Shown here: one piece after another, positions 12,053-22,676 of the stretch
Layout of the letters: each line of letters begins with the position of its first letter
How positions within the stretch are numbered: position 1 is the stretch's first letter
Assembly: GCA_052327205.1 (NCBI GenBank)
Contig: CM126211.1
Span: 10,070,192 to 10,108,000, forward strand
Length of the DNA stretch: 37,809 nucleotides
Direction: 5' to 3'
Source: Somniosus microcephalus
Lineage: Eukaryota
Translations under genes and position numbers: made by a program
Notes under the pieces: generated by a model
What the model was told of the DNA's origin: nothing
What the model saw: only the letters and a program-made list of their open reading frames with translations
Database searches by the model: none

Positions 12053-13663
12053 ACATAGAAACATAGAAGATAGGAGCAGGAGTAGGCCATTCGGCCCTTC
12101 GAGCCTGCTCCGCCATTCAATGAGATCATGGCTGATCATCCAAATTCAGTACCCTGTCCCTGCCTTCTCCCCATATCCCTTGATCCCTTTAGCCTTAAGA
12201 AATATATCCAACTCTTTTTTGAATATATTTAATGAACTGGCCTCCACCACCCTCTGTGGCAGAGAATTCCACAGGTTCACCACTCTCTGGGTGAAGAAAT
12301 TCCTCCTCATTTCAGTCCTAAATTTTTTATTATTTTTTTAAAATTCATTGATGGGATGTGGGTGTCGCTGGCCAGGCCTGCATTTAGAGCCCATCCCTAA
12401 TTGCCCTTGAGAAGATGGTGGTGAGCCGCCTTCTTGAACCGCTGCAGTCCATATGGTGTAGGTACACCCACAATGCTGTTAGGGAGGGAGTTCCAGGATT
12501 TTGGCCCAGCGACAGTGAAGGAACGGCGATACAGGTCCAAGTCAGGATGGTGTGTGGCTTGGAGGGGAACTTGTAGGTGGTGATGTTCCCATGCGTCTGC
12601 TGCCCTTGTCCTTCTAAGTGGTAGAGGTCGCGGGTTTGGAAGGTGCTGTTGAAGGAGCTTTGGCGAGTTGCTTACCCCTTATCCTTAGACTATGACCCCT
12701 GGTTCTGGACTCCCCAGCCATCAGAAACATCCTTCCTGCATCTAGTCTGTCCAGGCCTGACAGAATTTTATAGGTTTCGATGAGATCCCCTCTCAATCTT
12801 CTAAACTCCAGTGAGTATAAGCCCAATCGACACAATCTCTCCTCATACGTCATTCCTGCCATCCCAGGTATCAGCCTGGTGAATCTTTGCTGCACTCCTT
12901 CCATTGCAAGAACGTCCTTCCTCAGGTAAGGCGACCAAAACTGCACACAATACTCAAGGTGCGGTCTCACCAAGGCCCTGTACAACTGTAGCAAGACATC
13001 CTTGATCCTGTACTCGAACCCTCTTGCTACGAAGGCCAACATACCATTTGCCTTCTTAACCGCCTGCTGCACCTGCATGCTTACCTTCAGTGACTGGTGC
13101 ACAAGAACACCCAGGTCTCTTTGCACTTCCCCTTCTCCCAATCTATTGCCATTCAAATAATAATCTGCCTTCCTGTTTTTGCCACCAAAGTGGATAACCT
13201 CACATTTATCCACATTTTAGTGCATTTGCCATGTTTCTGCCCAATCACCCAACCTGTCCAAATCGTACTGGAGTTTCACGACATCCTCCTCACGGCTTAC
13301 CCTCCCACCCAGCTTTGTGTCGTCTGCAAATTTGGAGATATTACATCCAATTCCCTCGTCCAGATCATTAATATATATTGTGAACAGCTGGGGTCCTAGG
13401 ACCGATCCTTGCGGTACCCCACTAGTCACTGCCTGCCACTCGGAAAACGACCCGTTTATTCCAACCCTTTGCTTTCTGTCTGCCAATCAGCTCTCTATCC
13501 AAGTCAATACCTTGCCCCCAATCCCATGTGCCTTAATTTTGCACGCTAATCTCTTATGTGGGACCTTATCAAAAGCCTTCTGAAAGTCCAAATACATCCA
13601 CTGGTTCTCCCTTATCTATTTTACCAGTTACATCCTCAAAAAATTCCAGTAGATTAGTCAAGC
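12053..13663 (-). mobile_element. CR1 LINE, 5'-truncated, nested antisense in CR1
   Basis: ORFs 13217-13486 and 12614-13213(-) with [14 protein letters not shown] and RPHLEYCVQFWSP; acatagaaacatagaa tail. Confidence 0.92.
12323..12671 (-). mobile_element. Second CR1-clade family 3' end, doubly nested
   Basis: Reverse complement matches the 3' ends at about 27050-27375 and 35867-36145 (SWNSLPN..LQRFKKAAHHHLLKGN*); splits the host sequence cagtcctaaat|cttacccctt. Confidence 0.85.
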
Positions 13664-13950
13664 ATGTATTAGATCAAAGGAAGAGGCTTATAATGTTGCC
13701 AAAAAGAGTCGTAAGCCTGAGGATTAGGAAGATTTTAGAATTCAGCAAAGGAGGACCAAGAAATGGATAAAGAAAGGGAAAATAGAATGAGACTAAACTA
13801 GCGAGACATAAAAACAGACATAAAAGCTTCTATAGGTATGTAAAAAGGAAAAGATTAGCGAAAGTAAATGTGGGTCCCTTACAGGCTGAGACAGGAGAAA
13901 TTATAATGGGGAATAAGGAAATGGCAGAGACATTAAACAAATACTTTGTC

Positions 13951-14208
13951 ACAATCATAACGACACAGAAGGAGGCAATTCGGCCCATCGAGTCGGTGCC
14001 GGCTCTCTGTAGAGCAATCCAGTCAGTCCCATTCCCCCGCTCTATCCCCGTAGCCCTGTAAGTTTATTTCCCTCAAGTGCCTATCCAGTCTCCCCTTGAA
14101 AACATTGAGTGTCTCCGCTTCCACCACTTCCGTCGGCAGCGAGTTCCAGGTCACCACCACTCGCTGCGTAAAAAAGTTTTTCCTCACAACACCCCTGTAT
14201 CTCTTGCC
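13951..14208 (-). mobile_element. CR1 3' fragment nested in CR1
   Basis: cacagaaggaggcaattcggcccatcgagtc 3' end interrupts the host ORF2 at NKYFV|SAFTEE. Confidence 0.8.
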
Positions 14209-15914
14209 TGTATCTCTGCCTTCACGGAAGAAGACACAAAAACCTTCCCAGAAATAGTGGAGAACCAGGGGTCTAGCGAGAATGAGGAACTGAAAGAAAT
14301 TAGTATTAGTAAAAAAATAGTACTGGAGAAATTAATGGAATTGAAAGCCGATAAATCCCCTGGACCCGATGGCCTACATCCTAGGGTTTTGAAAGAGTTG
14401 GCTACAGAGATAGAGGATGCATTGGTTGTCATTTTACAAAATTCCATAGATTCTAGAACGGTTCCCGTGGATTGGAAGGTAGCAAATGTAACCCCACTAT
14501 TCAAGAAAGGAGGGAAAGAGAAAACGGGGAACTACAGACCAGTTAGCCTGATATTAGTAGTAGGGAAAATGCTAGAATATATTATTAAGGACGTGGTAAC
14601 AAGGCACTTAGATTGGGCAGAGTCAGCACCGATTTATGAAAGGGAAATCGTGTTTGATAAATCTGTTAAGAGTTTTTTGAGGCTGTAACTAGCAGTATAG
14701 ATAAGGGGGGACCAGTGGATGTGGTGTATTTGGATTTTCAGAAGGCATTCAATAAGGTGCCACACAAGAGGCTATTAAATAAAATTAGGGCTCATGGGAT
14801 TGGGGATTGGTTAACGGACAGAAAACAGAGAGTAGGAATAAACGGGTCATTTTCGGGTTGGCAGGCTGTAACTAGTGGGGTACCGCATGGATCAGTGCTT
14901 GGGCCTCAGCTATTCACAATCGACATCAATGATTTGGATGAGGGGACCAAATGTAATATATCCAAGTTTGCTGATGATACAAAGCTAGGTGGGAATTTAA
15001 GTTGTGAGGAGGATGTAAGGAGGCTTCAAGGGGATATAGACAGGCTAAGTGAGTGGGCAAGAACATGGCAAATGGAATATAAAGTGGGGAAATGTGAAGT
15101 TATCCATGTTGGTAGGAAAAATAGAAAAGCAGAGTATTTTTTAAATGGTGAGAGATTGGGAAATGTTGGTGTTCAGAGGGACCTGGGTGTCCTTGTACAC
15201 GAATCACTGAAGGTTAACATGCAGGTACAGCAAGCAATTAGGAAAGCAAATGGTATGTTGGCCTTTATTACAAGTGGATTTGAGTATAAGAGTAAAGACG
15301 TCTTACTGCAATTATATAGGGCCCTGGTGAGACCACACCTGGAGTATTGTGCACAGTTTTGGTCTCCTTACCTAAGGAAGGATATACTAGCCATAGAGGG
15401 AGTGCAATGAAGGTTCACCAGACTGGTTCCTGGGATGGGGGGATTGTCCTATGAGGACAGACTGAGTAGACTAGGCCTGTATTCTCTAGGGTTTAGAAGA
15501 ATGAGAGGTGATCTCATTGAAACATACAAAATTCTTACAGGGCTTGACAGGGTAGATGCAGGGAGGATGTTTCCCCTGGCTGGGGAGTCTAGAACCAGGG
15601 GTCACAGTCTCAGAATAAGGGGTCGGCCATTTAGGACTGAGATGAGAAGAAATTTCTTCACTCGGAGGGTGGTGAATCTTTGGAATTCTCTACCCCAGAG
15701 GGCTGTGGAGGCTCAGTCGTTGAGAATATTCAAGACAGAGATCGATAGATTTTTGGATATTAAGGGAATCAAGGGATATGGGGATAGTGCAGGAAAGTGG
15801 AGCTGAGGTAGAAGATCAGCCATGATCTCATTGAATGGCAGAGCAGGCTCGAGGGGCCAAATAGCCTACTTCTGTTCCTATTTCGTATGTTCTTAAACAT
15901 TTGATAAAGTTCTG

Positions 15915-16080
15915 ATGCATTTACAGGGAAGTTAGATAAGTACATGAGGGAGAAAGGAATAGAAGGATATGCTGATAGGGTGAGATGAAGAGGGGTGGGA
16001 GGTGGCTCGTGTGGAGCAGAAACACCGGCACGGAGCAGTTGGGCCAAAAGGCCTGTTTCTGTGCTGTACATTCTATGTTA
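15915..16080 (+). mobile_element. CR1 3' fragment
   Basis: gggaagttagataagtacatgagggagaaagg...ggcctgtttctgtgctgtacattctatg, reverse complement of the 6068 and 27415 family. Confidence 0.8.
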
Positions 16081-17447
16081 CAAGACAACCATTTCTGTCA
16101 TGGTGGCAGCTATTGTAATAGTGTCACTTGCAACTGAATTTAAATGGTAAATATAATTTCTATGCTTCAACACCTTAATACTTGGGATGAGGTAAATTTG
16201 ATGATAAATAAGTTATTTTCTGTGGGACCCCCGAGTTTCATATTGACCTTGGCCATCAGTCTCCATTACACACATATAGATAGGACACTGCTATAGGGAG
16301 CCCTACTAAAAATCAATTAAAGCTTAGTTTACAGATCCTTTATTTAGACGCCTCTTATCCCTCAAGGCTTTTCCCCTGAAAAAAGGGGATTTTAGGTTGT
16401 TTTAAGTCAAGAAAAATCTAGTATATTAATTGATGTACAACTTGCTAATCTTACAATTTTGTTTAACCAATATAGTCTTCGAATTAAAAAAAGATATACA
16501 TTAAAAGTAAATTCTGATTTTAAATGGCTTTACTATTCAGTGAAAGGGTCATTAAGAAACCCTTAGTCATAACTTCCACTGCAGGGAGTCAGAAAAATGA
16601 TCAAGAATAATGTGGCCAGTTTTGCCAGAGCGGAGGTCAGTTTCTGCATACGAACCCACACTAGAGAAGTCGGTCATTCATCTTAAATGATTTCAGAGAA
16701 TTTGCAAGAGCGTGAAAGATATGTTACGCAAGCACATAGAAGTATTCAGTGGAGGTAGACAAGACCAGCTACATGGAGACTACAAAGCAGCCCTCCCACG
16801 GTTCATGAATAAGTCGAGGAAATGATCAGGAAAAAAATGGAGAGATGTTTGGACAGATGGCCCACTTAAAACACATGGGATAAAGTGGGAGCAATTTGAA
16901 TGAAATGTTAGATTTTGTTAATAATTGATCTTTATTCTCTGTACTCCCCAGACAGGTAAATGAATAAATTCTTGGAGTGTTACAAGTTATAAGTCTTGCT
17001 GACAAAAAAACTATTTATGAACTTTGCTGTTGGAACGTAAGAAAAGTACTTAAATGTAAAAGCTATATGAAAACCTCAAGAATAATCACACATAAAAGGA
17101 AGGTCAGGATTAAAGGAATTTTAAATAGCATGAATCTGTTCCAACCAAAACAATGCTGAGGATTTATTTTGTGATCATTCTGCACTTTGAACACTCGCTG
17201 AAAGTCTCCTCCATGCATAACAAACTCTAGACTTACAATAAAGCATTGCCTCCCTATTGCACCACCATTTGTAATTTGCATGTTTAACACGTCAACCAAG
17301 AATTTTTATTTAGCTGTAGGGCATTCTCAAACTCCAGAACTATTATGTCGTATGTTCAACATGCTCACTCATCCTGGGTCTTCAGAACAAACATATCCTT
17401 TCAGTTCAACACGTCACTCTCTTTCAGCATCTCAAATATCTAGATAC

Positions 17448-17617
17448 CAACGTCCCCGCTAAGCTGCCCGGCCGCGCTGCGGTCTGGAGGTCCCGCGCAG
17501 GTCGCTCACCGGCTTTTCAATGGGAATAACCGCGTACGCGTGGAAATTTGAATGGGTCCCGCAGCCAGTTAAAGGGACCGCGCACGAACATTTTTTTTTT
17601 TTTTACAGGGAATATTG
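17448..17617. mobile_element. hAT-like MITE
   Basis: Imperfect TIRs caacgtccccgctaa / ttacagggaatattg; 8-bp TSD ctagatac (17440-17447) / ctagatat (17618-17625). Confidence 0.8.
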
Positions 17618-17699
17618 CTAGATATTCATCTTCAAGATCTTCGCATTCAAAAATAATTCAAAATAAAGTATGAATCAACTCAACCAACATAACTGGTCC

Positions 17700-17787
17700 A
17701 ACAACAACTTGCATTTATACAGCGCCTTTCACATAGTAAAACGTCCCAAGGCGCTTCACAGGAGCGATTATCAAACAAAAATTGATA
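17700..17787 (-). mobile_element. L2 3' terminal fragment
   Basis: aacaacaacttgcatttatacagcgcctttc..cccaaggcgcttcacagg. Confidence 0.8.
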
Positions 17788-19034
17788 TGTAGTAATAATT
17801 GAATGCAACAGAAAACTGAAGTGCATCATGGCTCCAATCCCTCGTCACTGCTGGTTATAATTACTCTGCGCTACACGAATACCTTGTTGTGGTTTTAAAA
17901 AATGTTATTACTGTTGTTGCTTTCCTTCTCCTGGCGTGTTGATTCACTGCAATCAAACGCTATTGATTACGTGGATTCGTAAATAATCTCCAGTCTGTCT
18001 GCAGCACTGACCAACTCAACAACCTTGACAGAATATCAACAGCATGATTGCAGTCGTGGCACATAGCATCACCACTGCTTTTTTTTTACGCTCTGTAAAA
18101 ATATATAATAATGCATCACTGGCACAATATCCTTTTATCTAAATCATAGTTTAACTGTTTCAAAAAGTTGTTTAAGTTATTGTGACTGTTCAAAATACCA
18201 TCTGACATCTACTTGTTTGGCTACAGGGTTAGAAAATGTGGTTTTCCCTTATTTCAAATTCCAACGCCCTTGCTTCAGCCTTACAATGACTGAATGCTGC
18301 TTAAAAGCATGGCAAACATCTTTTCAAATTCCTGTTCTCACACATAAATCATCAAGGAAACGATGTCATGCAGAGACAGGGGTCATTTTCCGAGTGAAGC
18401 AAATTCTTTTAATACTGCTGTTCTGGTCCAGTACTTTTGTCTACACCTATTAGAATAACATATAAGTTTACAAGCAGGTAACTTATTTATCCGTCACCTA
18501 CTCAAAGTAGCCAGTTTTTTGTGCATAACAGCACAGAAAAGCAAATAATTATAAAATAGCCACTACTTAAACACCTACTTAAGCAGAGATTTGCAATAAA
18601 AATTTAGAATAAAAATGGCACTATAAATTAAGATTCGGGAAAGCTTTCTTTTAAAAAGTGTGTAATTAAATACTTTTGAAAAAAAAACATTTTGTTTTGG
18701 GTTTGTTATGTAATAAGTTATTTGGGAGTTTATGACCACAGTTGTACTACATCACTGGCTCGCTTGCGCTTGGTGATGTGATGTGTTGATACAGTTTCAG
18801 TCATAAATCCACATATGGATCAACCTATAAAATGGAATCTCATGCATTACTGTTGTTAGCACTAAATTAACATTTCCACACCTTATAAAAATATACTGCT
18901 TTAATTTTTCAGGCTTATTTGAGTGCGAGCAATATTCCTCACCATGGACATACTGTTCCAATACTCCAACGTGTTACAGTTGCTTTTAGTTTTACTCTTA
19001 CAAATATTTTAGTTAATTAATGTTTAGAAACAAT

Positions 19035-20003
19035 GGCTTGGAATTTGCGGTCCTGATGACGGCGAACTGGCATCGTTTGCCGTCACTTCGCCTTTGAAGC
19101 TGACCACGACTTCAGGATGTAGCGCCTGCTCAGCCTAACGTGGAAATCCTGAAGTTGCGGTCTGTCATTCACTGCTCCGACACTGGCTGCGCTGTGGCCC
19201 CCCCCCCCAACACAGAGCCGACAATCAGTGAAATTTCTCAAATCAGGGACACCGACGAAAACTTGGGCTCTTCCACAGTAATGCCTCTGTTAAATTCCCC
19301 ATTAAACATTAGACGCAAAGAGATTAGGTGGGCCTGGGGTTTTCACAGAATCACAGAAACCCCACAGTGCAGAGAGAGGCCATTTCGGCCCATCGAGCCT
19401 GCACCGACACATATCCCACCCGATCCCGTAACCCCTACACCAACACATATCCCACCCTATCCCCGTAACCCCACGTATTTAATCCCCCTAGCACTAAGGG
19501 TCAATTTATCATAGCCAATCAACCTAACTCGCACATCTTTGGACGTTTTGACAGCATATTAACTGCTACAAAAAGGTTATGGCCCTGAAAAACTAATTTT
19601 AATTTTGTGCAGTGTGAAGCTTATCCATTTTAATAAAAATTAAAATTTTTAAGAAACTTAAAAAAAAAGTTTGTTCCTCTTTATTTCAGGTTTGCCTTTT
19701 CCCCGGGTGAGAGCCCCAATCTTTGTTTTGCTCTCTCTAACATTGTTAAAAAGTTAGAATAAGAGCTTTCCCACTTCCTGGTGCGCTGTCTGTGAGAATT
19801 CGGCGCTTTGATTGGCTGCTAAGACAGCTTGTTGATGTCACGGCAGCTCTTCGCTGGGAATCCCCATTAACTCCTGTTGATTTGAACTACGCGTCGGAAA
19901 ACCCGAAATTCTCGACACAGAGATGGCGAGATCTTTGTGCGAAGCTTCATTCGGGGTCAAAGGCGAACGCCTTCGTTTCGTTGCTGGCCGTAAATTCCGG
20001 GCC
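19035..20003. mobile_element. PIF/Harbinger-like MITE
   Basis: TIRs ggcttggaatttgcgg / ccgtaaattccgggcc; flanks AAT and AGT (probable decayed 3-bp TSD); GC-rich ends and AT-rich middle. Confidence 0.7.
19344..19543 (-). mobile_element. HE1-like SINE 3' part with CR1-derived tail, nested in a MITE
   Basis: cacagaatcacagaa tail, aggccatttcggcccatcgagc CR1-type end and ccaatcaacctaactcgcacatctttggac body; gtttt on both flanks. Confidence 0.6.
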
Positions 20004-20432
20004 AGTGGTTTTTTTAAAATAAAACTACAATGTGCATCAAGGACAAGGGAATTTTAGTCCTTAAAAGGATGATCTTGATGAACATTCTGCTAGAATTGCC
20101 GGATTTGCAGAAACTCACTTTTAAATAAAGATCCCATTCTTAATTTTAACTTGGCAGTGTTACAGAACACATTAAGAGGATTCAGATAACAAACAACTTC
20201 GAAAGGAAATGGATGTTAAGCAAAATGATCACACACGACCTCATGTTATTTCTGTGCTATAGCACTGGTGTTTTTTTAAAAACTTATTGCAGGGGGCAAA
20301 AATATTAGAAATCTACAAAGAATAACTAAAGTTCATGAATGATATGTTGAGCAATTCATAAAACATCTGTATCACGTGATATAACGAGGTAATATTTTCA
20401 ACCTGTGGACATTAACTCTGACAGTAAAGTTA

Positions 20433-20785
20433 CAAAAGCAAAACACTGCGAATGCTGGAAATCTGAAATAAAAACAGAAAATGCTGTAAACACTCAGCAG
20501 GTCAGGCAGCGTCTGAGGAGAGAGAAACAGAGTTAACGTTTCAGGTCAATGACCTTTCGTCAGAACTGTCAAAAAAGTTCAAGATGCAACAGGGTTTAAG
20601 CAAGTACAGAAGCAGGGAAAGGGGGGAGGGGAGGAAAGAACAAAAGGGAAGGTCTGTGATAGGATGGAGGGCAGGAGAGATTAAATGACAAAAGGGAGGA
20701 TGGTGCAAGGCAAAACGAGATGGTAATGGGACAAGTAAAGAAACAAAAGATGGGTCTAGAGGAGCTGAAAATGGGAATAGCAAAA
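20433..20785 (-). mobile_element. Penelope-like element 3'/pLTR fragment
   Basis: Same body as the 4218, 31999 and 34883 copies; carries an intact hammerhead motif and the ...tccagcattcgcagtgttttgctttt 3' extension. Confidence 0.75.
20531..20567 (-). ncRNA. Minimal type I hammerhead ribozyme motif
   Basis: AGUU CUGACGA A AGGUC AUU GACCU GAAA C GUU AACU: stem I AGUU/AACU, stem II AGGUC/GACCU, palindromic ACGU stem III. Confidence 0.75.
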
Positions 20786-20840
20786 TAGCAAAGTTCCTAT
20801 GGATTAACCTGTGTTTCTAAATGGTACATAAGAACATAAG

Positions 20841-21797
20841 AGGCCAGAAATTCGCGACCAAGGGCGTGAGTGCGCTCGGTGTACTCACGCATCTGGCCGT
20901 TGGAAATGCCGGCGTTCAGCATGAACAGCGCATGCGGGGAACGCCGGCATTTCCAGACCTCGAGCGCGTGCGACTGCACAGGCAGCGCTTGCGCAGTGAA
21001 CTTCGTAGATTTCATTCATGAAATCCGTGAGGGTAAGTCCTCAGAAGTTACACTTGAAAAAAGCAAGTGTAAAGTGGTTCATTGGCTGCGGAGGAAGAAA
21101 CATTTTATCGTGGAGCTTCTGAAATGCAATATTTTTGTTTGGGAAAGGGAGGGAAGTTATTTTAAGAAATGTTAAGTAAGTTTTAAAGTTAAAATTTTTT
21201 TTTTTTTTTTTTTTTTAAAAAGGGTTTTCAGAACGGTTGGTAGAAGGAGCAATTGTGGCTGTGTGAATGGAATGTGAGAATGAGTTATGTATGTATGTCC
21301 ACATATATTCCTTTACGTATATGTATGTATGTTTTATATTCCTTTACTAATGTGTATGAATGTATGTTTTTAATTATGATTTTCCAATAAGTTACTTTCT
21401 CTGAAAGTCATAATTAAATAATACATTCATACACATAAGTAAAGGAATATATACATAACACGCAAAAGGAATATATACAGACATACATACTTTCAGAAGC
21501 TCCACGATAAGAAATATCTTCCTCCGCAGCCTCTGGAGCAACTGTACCCATGCTTTTTTCATGTGTAAGTTGTAAGGACTTGACCTCACTGAAAGCAGTA
21601 ATGAAAGCGGCGAATTATACTGCGCACGCGCTGCCTGTGCAGTCGCACGCGTTCTGCCTCTGAACCCCTTCGTTCAGAGGACAGGAAATGCCGGTTTTCC
21701 CCAAAAGCACTGTGCATGCTGAAAACCGGCATTTCATCTGGCCAGATGCGTAAGTACCCCGACCGTACTCGCGCAGTTGGAAGGGAATTACTGGGCC
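20841..21797. mobile_element. Palindromic MITE forming the left part of the composite
   Basis: Imperfect inverted arms of about 280 bp (20841-21125 vs about 21490-21797, ending gaattactgggcc) plus an inner AT-rich palindrome at about 21285-21490. Confidence 0.8.
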
Positions 21798-21838
21798 AAC
21801 ATTTTACATGTCAATAAAATGAAAAATTTAACAATTGC

Positions 21839-22676
21839 ACGACTTGCCCCCTCGCATCTGCGACTGAGGGTCCAAGGAGGTGCATTGCGCAAGAGGTCAT
21901 CATCGTACGTATCCTCACACTGTTCCCTTTGGGGAACTGTATGAAGTGGTGGAAGGATTTATGGCCGTGATTAACGCTCATTCCGTGACCGTAACCATCT
22001 TTGAACCAGCCATTAGGGTGGTTAGTCCTATGGCGGGAGGGTTTTACGGGCTCCCACAACCCATCTGAGGGGGGGGGGGGGGGGCCACCAACACCCACGG
22101 ACGCAAATATCCCGCTGGATGTCCACCCAGAGTTTAAAGTTGGAACTCCGGCTCCACTTGCCGGGACTGTCTGGAGTGGGGTTCAAAACCCTACTCCTTC
22201 TGGCCCAGCGGCGGGGATGCTTACTGCTACGCAAAAGGCCCACTCCGCACAAAAGGTGACACCCATACGTTTCCTGTGCCTTTTCCCTCCCCGTGACTGG
22301 AGCCCTATGCTGCCATTTCACGTTGCTAATCGGATTGGGCCTTTGTCATAGCGGTAGGATCCCCGGCGCTGGGCCAGATCAGGGTAGGGTTTCGAACCCC
22401 GCTCCAGACAGTCCTGGCAAGTGGAGTCGGAGCTCCGGCTCTAAATTCTGGGTTGACATCCAGTGGGATATTTGCGTCCGTGGGTGTGGGTGGCCCCCCC
22501 TCCTTGTATAGCTTGTGGGAGCCCGTAAAACCCTCCCGCCATAGGACTAACCGCCCTAATGGCTGGTTCAAAGATGGTTACGGTCACGGAATGAGCGTTA
22601 ATCACGGCCATAAATCCTTCCACCACTTCATACAGTTCCCCAAAGGGAACAGTGTGAAGACACGTATGACGACGAC
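21839..22676. repeat. Unclassified long inverted-repeat (fold-back) insertion
   Basis: Arms 21896-22247 and 22331-22676, loop 22248-22330, unpaired extension 21839-21895; ATTGC on both flanks. Confidence 0.85.

Larger units (their letters stand above)
11821..15895 (+). mobile_element. CR1 LINE, ORF2 (RT) pseudogene, host to nested insertions
   Basis: KSPGPDGLHPRVLKE, DWKVANVTPLFKKG, NYRPVSL, LDFQKAFNKV, GVPHGSVLGP, KFADD, RPHLEYC, WNSLP across 14210-15806, with stops and frameshifts; ends in a tatgttctta tail; interrupted at 12053 and 13951. Confidence 0.92.

Noticed and set aside
18217-18453. 78-aa ORF or possible exon
   Set aside because: No similarity to PCCA on the minus strand, where the tested frame after the candidate acceptor closes quickly, and no recognisable domain.
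21896-21945. Resemblance to adenovirus (catcatc) or DIRS1 (gttccc..gggaac) termini
   Set aside because: Matches are only a few bases; the DIRS-like hairpin is not terminal and no viral or recombinase coding sequence is nearby.
22280-22345. HDV-like ribozyme suggested by tccccgt, ttcacgt and gctaat strings in the loop
   Set aside because: I could not build consistent P1, P2 and P3 pairings around either candidate L3.
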